64,000 bases of DNA, taken from an uncultured virus (IMG/VR IMGVR_UViG_2049941000_000050). Its lineage: Duplodnaviria > Heunggongvirae > Uroviricota > Caudoviricetes. The DNA lies in IMG/VR virus record IMGVR_UViG_2049941000_000050, one strand, 5' to 3'. The notes below the pieces were generated by a model that had not been told where the DNA came from, searched no databases, and worked only from the letters and a program-made list of their open reading frames with translations. Shown piece after piece: positions 53,877 through 64,000 of the stretch (positions within the stretch are counted from its first letter, which is position 1; each line of letters starts with the position of its first letter). Position numbers and translations under genes: made by a program.

Positions 53877-54449
53877 TTAATCAATTTCCACTTTGCAGAC
53901 GACCATGTCGTACTTGTAAATGAAAACGTGCTCCGTTCCGACGGTGAAGGAATCCCCTCCCTTGGAAATCATGACGTAATCCCCGACCTTGAAAGGGACC
54001 TCGATTCCCGGGTCGACGTTCATCGAGACGACCTTCCCGATGTTCAGCTGTTTCTTGTAGTTTGATACGAGGATGCCGTCCACGTCCGTGACGAATTCTG
54101 GGTTGTCTTGTACAAAAACCCGGTTCCTGAGCGGGGAAAACTTCTTGTTTTCGGAATCGGTCCTGGCTATGATGTTAGTATACTTCATGACCGCTACAGG
54201 GCTAGTCTTGTAACACTGCGCCAGCCTGTCCGCAACGACGTAGTCGCCCTCCTTCAGACCGTATTCCTCCGCGGCCTTGTTTCCCACCGCCGTGACCTTG
54301 TAAAATCCGAGCCTTTCGTTTCCGTAAGAACTGGTCGGGACAAGAATCCCGTCCACCTCGAAATCGTCGTGCCGGTCGAGAACCTCGAGAACGACGTATT
54401 CCGGTGCCGGGACACATTTTTTGTTGAAATTGATAGTGTCGTTTAGCAT
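53877..54449 (-). CDS. Tandem two-domain GroES-like protein
   Basis: P.PEYVVL...DGILVP...VTAVG...LKEGDYVV and PLRNRVFV...DGILV...GKVVS...FKVGDYVM. Confidence 0.75.
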   Translation of the reverse strand: MLNDTINFNKKCVPAPEYVVLEVLDRHDDFEVDGILVPTSSYGNERLGFYKVTAVGNKAAEEYGLKEGDYVVADRLAQCYKTSPVAVMKYTNIIARTDSENKKFSPLRNRVFVQDNPEFVTDVDGILVSNYKKQLNIGKVVSMNVDPGIEVPFKVGDYVMISKGGDSFTVGTEHVFIYKYDMVVCKVEID

Positions 54450-54491
54450 AATTTTTATCCTTTTATATTATACAAGAAATTCCCGCGATAG

Positions 54492-54632
54492 ATGCAACCC
54501 TTCGAAGAGAAAAAGGCTAAAATCAAAGCTTCTCTCTCATTAACCCGCGAAAAGCGGAAATTTCAGGTCTGTCGCGTATTCAAAGTTAAAATACAGAATA
54601 ACCGCCTCTTGAAAAAACAGAAAACGGTTTAA
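54492..54632 (+). pseudogene. Truncated N-terminal fragment of a TnpB-family protein (46 aa)
   Basis: KKAKIKASLSLTREKRKFQVCRVFKVKIQNNRL recalls TnpB N-termini (KIK.TL..TRERRK.Q.CKV..LKI). Confidence 0.5.
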
Positions 54633-55651
54633 ATCACGTCCGCCACGGAATATATCCCGTAATTTTCGTGGAGAAACCCCCTTAGTTTCGATAACGCGCT
54701 CTCTTTCGCCGTGACTATCGTTTTCTGCGGGATGTTGAACATTGTCGAAAGTTTTTTCAGGCTGGCGTTGCTGTTGTAAAACGTTTCCTCGAGAATCCCC
54801 CTCTCCAGTGACGAAATCTCCGGGGACGAGTTTATGAAATCCCTGAGACGGTCGTAAATTTGGGTGCACTCGTTCGAGGAAACCGTTTCCACCAGCTCCG
54901 GCTGGCGTTTGTAGTCCGGGGAAATCATGTCGTCGAGGTAGTTCTCGAAGGTGAGGGTTTTGTTCACGCCGTTTTTTACCTTCACCAGCTCGTGAATCGA
55001 CGTGGAGTTGTTGTCGATTTTGATTCCCTTGTCGTAAAACTCCTGCATCACGTACTTGAAAATCCAGAACTGCGCGAACGTGTTGAATTTCACGAAATTC
55101 GGGTTCCCGCTCTCGTCGTACTGTATGTCGTGTTTGATAACCGCACGGAGCTCGCCGGTTTTCTTCTTTCTGAGCGTCCCGTAAACCGTCAGCGGGTTCA
55201 TTTCCGCGTCGCACACGATTTTCTTCTCTCCGGAGCCTATCAGCTCGGGGTATTTGTCGGGCGGGAGCTTCGTTTTCGTCACGACCAGTCGGAACGGGTG
55301 GAAAATGTTTGACGCCTTGGTCAGGCCGTACAGCCCCTTCGCGTACATGTTGTCGTAATCCCTCGTGTCCTGGCAATGCTTCGACGAAATGTTGGTTACC
55401 GCCTGGAGATTGTGCATCGTGAGGAGCTTTCTCATCTCAGATTCGTTCCCGACCCACTCGAAGTCGCACTCGAAATCGTCGTTGAAGCTAATCTTTCCGT
55501 TTTCGTCGCGTTTCAGTCGGGCGTAGCTCTCAATCATGGAACGCTCCTCGTCCTTCGTGAAAATCTGGTACTTCTTATTCAGTTTTCGTTGCTTGCGGAT
55601 AAAATCCGAGGCCGTCTTGTTGTTCTGAATGATTCCGTTTGAGTTTATCAT
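54629..55651 (-). CDS. Phage sigma70-family factor with insertion in region 2
   Basis: FTKDEE, HNLQAV.NIS.K, GLYGLTKA..F, KFNTFAQFWI, C-terminal HTH SLKKLSTMFNI...ALSKLR. Confidence 0.8.
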   Translation of the reverse strand: MINSNGIIQNNKTASDFIRKQRKLNKKYQIFTKDEERSMIESYARLKRDENGKISFNDDFECDFEWVGNESEMRKLLTMHNLQAVTNISSKHCQDTRDYDNMYAKGLYGLTKASNIFHPFRLVVTKTKLPPDKYPELIGSGEKKIVCDAEMNPLTVYGTLRKKKTGELRAVIKHDIQYDESGNPNFVKFNTFAQFWIFKYVMQEFYDKGIKIDNNSTSIHELVKVKNGVNKTLTFENYLDDMISPDYKRQPELVETVSSNECTQIYDRLRDFINSSPEISSLERGILEETFYNSNASLKKLSTMFNIPQKTIVTAKESALSKLRGFLHENYGIYSVADVI

Positions 55652-55678
55652 GGTACTTTTTTCTCCAAAAACACCCAT

Positions 55679-55707
55679 AATGTAACACAGCTACGGGTTA
55701 ATGTCAA
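55679..55707 (-). promoter_or_regulatory. Host sigma70-type (early) promoter for the phage sigma gene
   Basis: TTGACA-17 nt-TACATT. Confidence 0.75.
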
Positions 55708-55783
55708 TTTTTTTGACCGAAAAAATGCAAAAAAAAAACCGCCTCCGTCGAAGGAAGCGGTTCTGTGGGAGAAAAACGCGGTT

Positions 55784-56605
55784 TCACCCGCAAAGCACCT
55801 TCCTGATGTCCTCGAATATCTCGTCCACGTTGAAATCCGCGTGGAAATCATAGTTTCTCTCCTTGAACAGCTTGTCCTGGGCGGCGATTTCCGCCGGTTG
55901 GAACTTGTAGTCGTCGGATGGGTCGAGATGCCTGAAAACTTTCAGCTCTTCGGGCACCGACGGGTAGAAATTCATGTAGTAAACGTCCCCAGGCTTCTTG
56001 GTGTTCCTCCTTCTGGAGAGAAATTCGATGATGTGATACATCGGGAACGGGAACTCCTCGAGGAATTCCATATCCTCCTTCGCGGCGAGGGTCGTGTCGA
56101 AGCACATCCAGAAGGTGTTCGCGTTCGAGCACCACGCCAGCGTGGTATCTAACACTTTTTTGCAATCCTCCTCGTCCACCGCCATAAAAACCCTCGGGTT
56201 GTACTTCTAGAAAACGTAGTTGCACATGTCGCAGGACGTGTTCAGCCACGATTTCTGCCCCAGCTTGGACATCATCTCCTCGATTTTACCGACGAACCGC
56301 TCCGCGTCGCCAAAAATCTGGACAGTGTCGTCGATTACGTGAAGAAAACCTTTGAACGCCTCGCCCGAATTCTCGGAGGTTACCTTGTTGTAGACCTTCG
56401 GGAGGTTGTTCCACATCTTGTCGTCGAAAAATTCGACCGCGACGCCGAGTTTCCGCACGTTTTCCAGCTTTTCGGCATAATCCTTGTCGTTCTCGAACGA
56501 GCCTCTGGCGTAAACGGTTTTTTCCCAGTCGGGTGGAAGGCGTTTGAGGATGTTTTCGGCGATGTCCATGCTCCCGTGGGTGTGAATCACTGCTATTTTT
56601 CTCAT
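55784..56605 (-). CDS. Hypothetical protein, possibly GT-A glycosyltransferase-like (TAG 56209)
   Basis: Two ORFs join in frame; N...FLHVIDD. Confidence 0.6.
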
Positions 56606-56615
56606 TTTTACCCTC

Positions 56616-57971
56616 TTATCTCATTATTTTCGCGCCGCACTTGGTTTCAAAGATGAGTTTTTTCGCCTCTTCCTCTGCGGCGGCTCTCTTGTGGTCGAAA
56701 TAAAGCTTCATCGAGCATATCGGTGCCTTCTGGCGGAGCCTGAACATGTCCACCCAGATGTTCAGGTTGTCCTCGAGCCACCCGTTCTTAATCTTGAAGT
56801 CCCCGTCCGGCATCGGCGAGTTCAGCCATCGCCAGTTTTCCTCGATTACCTTCTGATATGCCCCACTTGATGAGAATTTCAGGCTCATCAGCTTCGCCTT
56901 CAGCTCATCCTTGTCGTCAAAAAGGTGCTCTTTTCGCATAACCCCCGAATACGGAAGCATGTTTGACGCGAAAAGGGGTATACCGGAGGCGCAACACTCG
57001 AGATACTTGATGTGCGACTTACACTTGTTGAACTCCATGTCCTTAATCGGCGCGACGATTGCCTGGAGCTGGAGGTTTTCCATCTTAGATGGGTAGTTAA
57101 GAATCGGGACGCCGTCGTGAAACTCGATTTTCTTCGCCTGTATGAGGTCTTTCAGCTTGGGCGGGGCGTAGCCGAAGAATACCCACTGGAAATCGTTGAC
57201 CGTTTCCCTAATTATGTCGATTATAAGGTCCATGTCGTCGGTTATGACCTCGGTTTCCTTAAAATCGACCACTTTGCCGTCTTGGTTTATCCAGACCTCT
57301 TCCCCGGTTTTCCCGTCTTTCTGCTTCCGGCAGGCTTTTCCTTCCCTGTCGACCCTCATACCGTCGACGTTGTAGTGCGAAAGGGAGGAGACGATGCCGA
57401 TTCTCGGTCTTGCCTTGAACTTTTGGAACTGCTTGACCTTTCTTTCGGGGTCGAAACGGTCCCCGAACCACCACCTGGGGAGAAGGTTCGGAACCGCGAC
57501 GATGTTTTCCAGCGGCACGCCGTATTTCTCGTGGTAGTACTTCTTGATGTAGTTCGTCGTGACGACAACCAGGTCCGAAACGTTCAGCATGTACCTGATG
57601 TTCTCCTGAATCTTGTCGCTCGCGAAAGCCTGCCTCCCCTTATTGAAAAGCGGGATTTCGTCGTAATGCATCGCGTCGTCGATGGCGTAAATCAGCCACC
57701 CACGGTTCTAATCCATGACCGGCTTCAGAAGGTGCCTGACCAAATCGGCGTGTTGGTCGCCAATCCACCTCTGGATTGTCACGGAGTTCATCCCGGTGTA
57801 GTATTTCGGGTCGATGACCGGCACCTGGGTGTAGGTGTTGAGAATTCCGAGCCCCTGGGCTATACAGTTTACCTGCGTAATCTGCTAAATGTGCCTCCAG
57901 AACCCGGTCCCGGAAACGTCCGCGCAGTAGACGATGTTCCTGAACTGCTGTTGCTGTTGCTGTTGTTGCAT
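56616..57971 (-). CDS. GT-B glycosyltransferase (TAGs 57887, 57710), poly-Gln N-terminus
   Basis: D.SGTGFWR, QRW, IYAIDD, VVVTT, VPNLLP, IVAPIKDMEFNKCKSHIKYLE; first 100 aa need read-through. Confidence 0.8.
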
Positions 57972-58080
57972 TAAAATATTTTCCTATAGGAAAACACGCG
58001 TAAATCTTCCGTTTTAAAGGTAAAAACAGATAAATCGCGTGTTTTGGAAATATTATACAAAAAAAAAAACGTATAATATG

Positions 58081-58374
58081 TTAATTTTGTTCTGAATATG
58101 TTGCCTGACAGGTCACGTCGGATGAAATGATTTCGGGAAGACCTTGCCACCCCTCGAAAACGTAACCCTCGTGGGGGGAAACGAAACCCGTTCCGACGTC
58201 GGAGTTGTCTATCCCGTACGTGCAGGTCAAGTTGGAAAGAACATCTCCCCCGAAAATATCGGAATCGAAGAAAGTCACAGAGTATCTCTCCCCCCAGACC
58301 TGTTTTTCGCCGATTTCGATTTTAAGGACGCGCTTGTCCCCGACGCTGAAAGACTTTACATCAGAGAAATCCAT
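58081..58374 (-). CDS. Small protein with Flg_new/InlB-B-like repeat
   Basis: YSVTFFD...EGYVFEGW...DVTCQATY. Confidence 0.65.
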   Translation of the reverse strand: MDFSDVKSFSVGDKRVLKIEIGEKQVWGERYSVTFFDSDIFGGDVLSNLTCTYGIDNSDVGTGFVSPHEGYVFEGWQGLPEIISSDVTCQATYSEQN

Positions 58375-58379
58375 TTAAA

Positions 58380-59723
58380 TTACTCCGAATTGGTGTAGAC
58401 CGCAGACAAATTGGTGTTATCCAGAACCGTTAATGTCCTTGTGGTGGCGGTCAGCGTGGTATTATCTGCCCAGTGAATAAACGTTTTGTTTGGTAACTCC
58501 GGAGCGGAAATCTGCACGCTTTCGCCGTAGAAATAAGTATCGCTCGAGAGGAGAGTCCCGTCATCCTGGAAAATTCTCAGCTAAAACTGTTCGTTCAACG
58601 CAACGACACGCTTGGTTATCGTTTCTGGCTCGTCGTTTTCATTAAGAACGGTGAAAGTCCACGTCTCAATGTTGTTGGGGTTGATGGAAACCGTAAAAGT
58701 ATTTCCATTTTTCTCGGATTTTACCGCCAGATACCCGGAAACCTGCGGAAGCGGGTTTCCCTGCACGACCAATCCTTCGTTGTTAACATAAACCGGGGTG
58801 TTTTCGTTCCCGACAAACTGACCATCGTGACGATAGACCTTGTTTGACCTCGTCAGACCGGAATTTATCGCTTCCCACTGTTCGGAATTTAAATCCGCAC
58901 TCTCAATTTTATGATGGACTTTCCAATAATTGAGATGATATTCAGTTTCATCACCGTTTTCGGGAATAACATAACTTACCACCCACTATCCGCCATCGGA
59001 CAACTCGGGAATACTAGGGTCGGGAATAGTGGAACCGTCGAAAATCACAACATAATCGTTCTGGTCGGGATGTTCATCTGATATTTGGGATGCGGTAAGA
59101 CCGTGCCAGGTTTCAAAACTGCCGAGGAACCTCACGTCGCGCTTTTTAACTTCCGCCTGGACATATCCGACATTGGCGAGAGTATCCGACAATCCCATGT
59201 TTTCCTCGGTCGGGTAGGTTTCCTAAAGTTTCTAGAAGAAATCGTTGCAGAGTGACCGCACGGTCAGGTTGTCAGCGGACAAATCTAGTACGGAGATTTT
59301 CTCGGAGTATAACGCGGAGAGTGTGATGTCCGGAGTAATCCGTTTCAGTGCGTCCGAAAGGGCGTAGGCGTCGGCGGAAACCGGTTTTCCCATCTCGAAC
59401 GTCATTGAGCTGATTATGTAGGGGGGGGTAGTAGACGCCTGTACGGATGTACTGGGAAGTTCTTCCTTTCTAACGTAATCGCTCAGATTCTCAACCTTTG
59501 AGGAAATATTTTCCAGCCCAACTTTTCCAACTATGTCCGCCACCAGGTCGCCGTACTGGCAGAATTTGGACATGAAACCGGTTCTGGTCGAAATCTATTC
59601 GTTTTTCTGGGAAACCAGAAACAGGTCTTCGTCTTTAAGCTCAACGGTTTTATCTTCCAACTCGGAAACCGCGACACAGCTGAGCTTGTCCATTTCCGAC
59701 GAGATGACGGTGTAAACGTTCAT
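58380..59723 (-). CDS. Tail/baseplate-type structural protein, 447 aa (TAGs 59597, 59234, 59225, 58988, 58583)
   Basis: Three track ORFs plus flanks form one frame ending at TAA 58382. Confidence 0.7.
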
Positions 59724-59739
59724 TGGTAAAGTCTCCGGT

Positions 59740-60663
59740 TCAGTCGTTTCTCAGAACGTACCCGACGAACGAGCACGGCTAGTTTTGGATAAATGTCAGC
59801 GTATTATACGCCGGGTTCTGGAAACCTGAGTTCATCGTGTTCACGGGGAACCCGGTCATTATTTTCAACTGCATATTCTTCTTTACCGGGACGTTGAAGC
59901 CGACGTACTGGAGAGCCTGGCTCTTCTGCCCGATAATCCAGGGCTGGATTTGGAGGGCGACCCAACGCTTCCTCTGGGACTGGATGTCCCCGATGGTGAC
60001 GTATCCGAAAAGACCAACCCAGGCTTCCTGCGCGGCGACGTTCCCGTTGTCCGCCAGCCAGCCGTATACCACAAGGTTGCCGGTGTGCTTCGCGAACACG
60101 GGTCCGGCTTTCTGGTTGCTGTACTGGTCCAGTATAAACTGGGAAGAATCCCTTCCGTCCTGGTCGAACCTCCACACCATGAAATTTTCCTCGTCGAAAA
60201 CCGTGTTCGGAGTGGAGTTTTCGGGGTCCGTGTCAACGTATGTGGTGCTCGGCGAGAGGAAATTGCCGTAGTCCTGTGAAGTCTCCGACGCCATTTCTCT
60301 CGTGATGAAATCGTTGTCGTCGATGTCCGCCAGTTTAAGCGTTTCCGCGTACCCGACCGGATTTCTGAAAAGCTTTTTCCCGGAAATGGAGACGTTTTCG
60401 CCGGAGAGGACGGAATCCACATCCTTCTTAACCTTTCTGAGGCTAATCGGAGGACCGTTGTCGTCCCCCTCGTTCATTTCGAAGGTCTGCTCGATTTCGG
60501 ACGAGATGGAGCCGGTCGAGCTCTCTTTTATTTTTCGGAAATCGACAGCGCGACTATCATATTTTCCGTCCGCAGTGGGGACTTCCACCTCGAACAGGCA
60601 GTTGTCTGTCAGCCTATCTTCTTCCCCGAGCCTTGGTAACTGTGAAACCGTTTGTACTATCAT
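59740..60663 (-). CDS. Tail/baseplate-type structural protein (TAG 59781)
   Basis: N-terminal TVSQLP..D.LF motif shared with neighbours; ends at TGA 59742. Confidence 0.65.
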
Positions 60664-60669
60664 ATCTCA

Positions 60670-63456
60670 TTAACACTGATAACCAATAGAGAACATAACT
60701 ATCCTATCATCGTCAAAAACATTCGCGGAAGCCGTGCCTGTTTGAGAGAACGGGTTGTAAACATAATAATTATTTTCCAACGATTGGGTGTTTTCGTCTT
60801 TTAACGGTCCGTCCGCACCAAGTAAAAAGAACCGCCTCCCGAGAGACTAAGAAGCGTTGGTAACCCCAATCGAACCGGTGGTTTGGTTGTTCTTGAGTAT
60901 CGCGTTGACACAACCACTGATTTCGGCGGCAACTTTACTTTTATCAACCGAACCGTCGGTGAGATAAGCAGAGACGTTGCCGCTCAGCCTAACCGCCAAG
61001 AAATAATCCTTGTCCCCGTCGGGGCTATATTTCAACTTATAAGCGTAAGTTGAACCCGTCTTGGAATTCGCCTTAAACCTGGGGGCACTCAGAAACGCGT
61101 CGACCGCGATTTCGGTTATGGAGGAATCCAGCGTAACGCTCTTAAGGCTTTGACAATTGAAGAACGTCCTACTTCCGAGAGAAGTTAACGTGGGCGGCAA
61201 CTCCACCCCGGATAATTCCCGACATTCAAAGAATGTATAATCGGTCTTATCGGCGTCGGTGGACTCTATGTTTGCGCTCTTGAGATTCCTACACTGACAG
61301 AACGTGGAAAGAAGACCGCCGTTTTCGATGTGATTGTTGTTGAATGTCACGCTTGTCAATTGCGGAAGCATGTTTCTTGACGCCGCGCTGATATTTCTGG
61401 TACCGGTTGTGTTATTAGCCGAAAGGTACATTTCGGTTCCGAAAGTTGTTAAAGCCGGGTTGGAAACCGCCTCGTTCATGAAGAACGTGCAATTTCCGTT
61501 CATTGAAACGCACGACGGAATACTCATGGACGACAAACTTACGCAATATGCGAACGCGGAGTCGTCGATAGTTACCTGGTATTCACTGTCGGACGTTAAT
61601 ATTGCTCCCGACACGGAAAAAGCCGATGTGTTGGCGTCATAGCTGGTCTTTTGTGTAGCGAAAGTCACCCCGGTCAGTGTACACCCGATGTCGGCGTTTG
61701 TCACTCCGTTGGAAAACGCGGCGTTGCTTCCCTTTTTATTGTTTCCGAGGCTTGTTACATTAAAGGGGAAACACCGTATTCTGGTAACGTGTTTTGGTTC
61801 CACCCTATATTCGAAGTTCACACACCCGATTTTATCATCTTCGATTCCACCGTCGCCGTTAAAACTGTTCATGTCCGTTAAAATGGCGGACAAATCGGTT
61901 GTGTTCTTGACAAAATGCATCATCATGTCACAATCGTCTGATTCGGGGCCGATGGAACGCTGGACTTTACCAGAACCGTGGTCTTTCTCATACACGAAGT
62001 TGGGTTTATCGGAGGCCACACCCAAAAACGCCATCTGTTTCCTGGATTTTCCGTAATCAGACGCACTGACCGCGAAATTCCCGCTGGTAACGTTGTAGAC
62101 GGTGCTTCCTATATTCACGGTTTTACCGATTCCGGAAGGTCTGCCGAGATATTTTCCGTACCCAAACCGGTGGTATGTGGTGCTTGTTAAATCGAACCTA
62201 TTATCGAAAATAGCATCGGAACTGACCAGTGGGTTGAGAACCGTTTCCTCGTCAATGATTTCGTTCAATCCCGCTACTTCCGAAGAAATGTCGGAAAGCG
62301 ACGTGAATTTCAGCAAAGAGAAGTTTCTGTTCCCGGAACCGTCATTTGTTGCGCCGTATTTGTCGTTAAACACCGAATCCGAGGAAATAAAAACGCAACT
62401 TATCTGGTCACTGGTAATCGTGGTATCTTTATTGACATAATAATACCTATCATTAAAATTGTCCGCGAGAACCGTGGGTTTTGTGGAAGTCTAGTTGAAC
62501 GGGACCGTTTTGTATGAGTTTCCGAGTGGGAACGTCACGTCACCCTTGGTTTTCCCGACAACAAAAACATCACCAGATTGCCACGGCTTTGTGGGAACCA
62601 GTTTGTCGGCGTTGACGAAACGACCGCTGGTATTGATAAAACCGCGTTTCGTGATGGGTTTCTCATCGGAGACGTTTCTCTTGTCGATAGAGGCACGCCA
62701 CTCGAAAGATTCTGTTCCGAGGGGCTTGTCGTTCATCGTCATAACGATGGAATTCGTACATCTATTGGAGAAATTGTTGCTTCCGTTGTTACTACAGAAA
62801 TTGGAAGAGATATACGAGCTGTTTCCGCACTTTTCCAGCAACAGCCTTATTTGCGAACCGGCATAGAAAAACCCATGGAAATCCAAATCAAAAATAGAAC
62901 TCCTGAGCGGTTCTTGACAGATGCTCTACCACCCATTTTCGGTAAGAACCTGGAGAGAGGCTATATCTTTGTAATTTACACCGCTGTTACTGGAATAATT
63001 AGCAAGGCTCAAACAGTTAAACGTGATATGGATATACGCGTTGGCGTCGGATTTGAAAGTATAAATTTCCGATTCCGCGTTCCCGTTAGTAGCACTAATC
63101 ATCGATGTAAAAGACGACGAAAGCGAGTACACCTTTCCAGAGAACACGTTCTACTGGGTCATCTTTATGTTGTTGATTGATTCGTCTATACTTTCCATAA
63201 ACTCTTCGCCGTCCCCTAAGTTCTGAATGTTGATGTTTGTGAGCTGGTTCTTCAGTATGTCGTTAACGATATACTGCCTTATCGTTTCGAGAGTTATGCC
63301 CCTCGCATACGACAACGCCTGTTGGGTCAAATCGTTGTTGTTTGTCTCGTGTGAAACAACAAACACATCACTACCCTTTACGGTAGTATCGTCTCTTCCG
63401 GTGTCCAGATTTAACTTGGTCAGGTCGTCTATGGTCTTTACTTTGATGTTTGACAT
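60670..63456 (-). CDS. ~928-aa structural protein with BspA/LRR_5 repeats (TAGs 63153, 62928, 62493, 60849)
   Basis: Four ORFs join in frame; TFFECRELSGVELPPTLTSLGSRTFFNC; GTAAATA upstream. Confidence 0.75.
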
Positions 63457-63489
63457 TTGGATTTACCTTACGAGAATTATTTACGTCTG

Positions 63490-64000
63490 TCAGATGGGGT
63501 ACCCGGTGGATTTTATCTTCGTCCACGGTTTCAAAACGTTAGCTGTGGTCTATTCCTAATTCATGTCGTTGTTGAGGTCGTACTGCATCGTTCCGACATA
63601 CTCGCCGTCAACATCGTTCAAAAGCCTCAGTAGGATGATATCGCTCTCTTCGATGTCTTCCCCATCGATTTCCAATTGGAGATACGGGCCGAAAAATTCC
63701 GTTTCGTCCTCTTTTAGGTACGGGTTCTGCTGGTCATTTACGATTCCAACTCCCTATAAGTCCAACGACAGAAGGTTTTTCTGAACGGTTTCCGTAATCG
63801 AGTAGAAATCCGGACTGGGGAAATCTTCTGGATTTTCCGGGGTGGACCAGTCCGCGCCGACGTCGTGTCTGTAAAGCGGGCCGTTCAGGCTTCCCTGTGC
63901 CCACCCGAGAATCCTGTCCCCGACCTTAAAATACTTTCCGTCCCCGTTGTTTGAGGTTAAAACGCCGTAAGCTATCCTGCTGTCGGCGGAAATATTCTCC
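63490..64000 (-). CDS. 3' part of a gene absent from the track (TAGs 63756, 63558, 63552)
   Basis: Frame open from window end to TGA 63492 except for three TAGs. Confidence 0.6.

Noticed and set aside
57991..58045. Inverted repeat AAAACACGCG...CGCGTGTTTT in the glycosyltransferase leader (riboswitch?)
   Set aside because: 10-bp stem with no recognisable aptamer motif
58380..63456. Fragmented ORFs as pseudogenes
   Set aside because: All interruptions are TAG with frame preserved and no frameshifts; essential genes show the same pattern

Overview
64 kb of a large T4-like (myovirus-type) phage genome with four N-gaps. Core genes: terminase gp17 3' end, gp3-like tail terminator, portal gp20, scaffold gp22, major capsid gp23, late sigma gp55, RNase H and family-B DNA polymerase. 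The genome appears to read TAG as a sense codon (code 15, probably Gln). More than 45 in-frame TAGs, checked by hand, join adjacent standard-code ORFs into long coherent genes, reveal genes absent from the ORF track, and leave TAA/TGA as the real stops. Main findings: (1) polB is fractured into two genes carrying an atypically split intein (15/23-aa IntN starting with Thr, 154-aa IntC) around a free-standing Vsr-like endonuclease. (2) gp55 has two TAGs ahead of its conserved core, so the code switch may gate late transcription. (3) Three promoter classes (TTGACA-N17-TAnnnT, GTATAATAT, GTAAATA) occur alongside two phage sigma factors, many apparently leaderless genes and a phage IF3. (4) A ~2000-aa multidomain probable head polyprotein. 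(5) An orphan TnpB right end/omegaRNA, three GroES domains, an OFA-type MFS transporter and several glycosyltransferases. All family assignments come from motif recognition by eye, not database searches.
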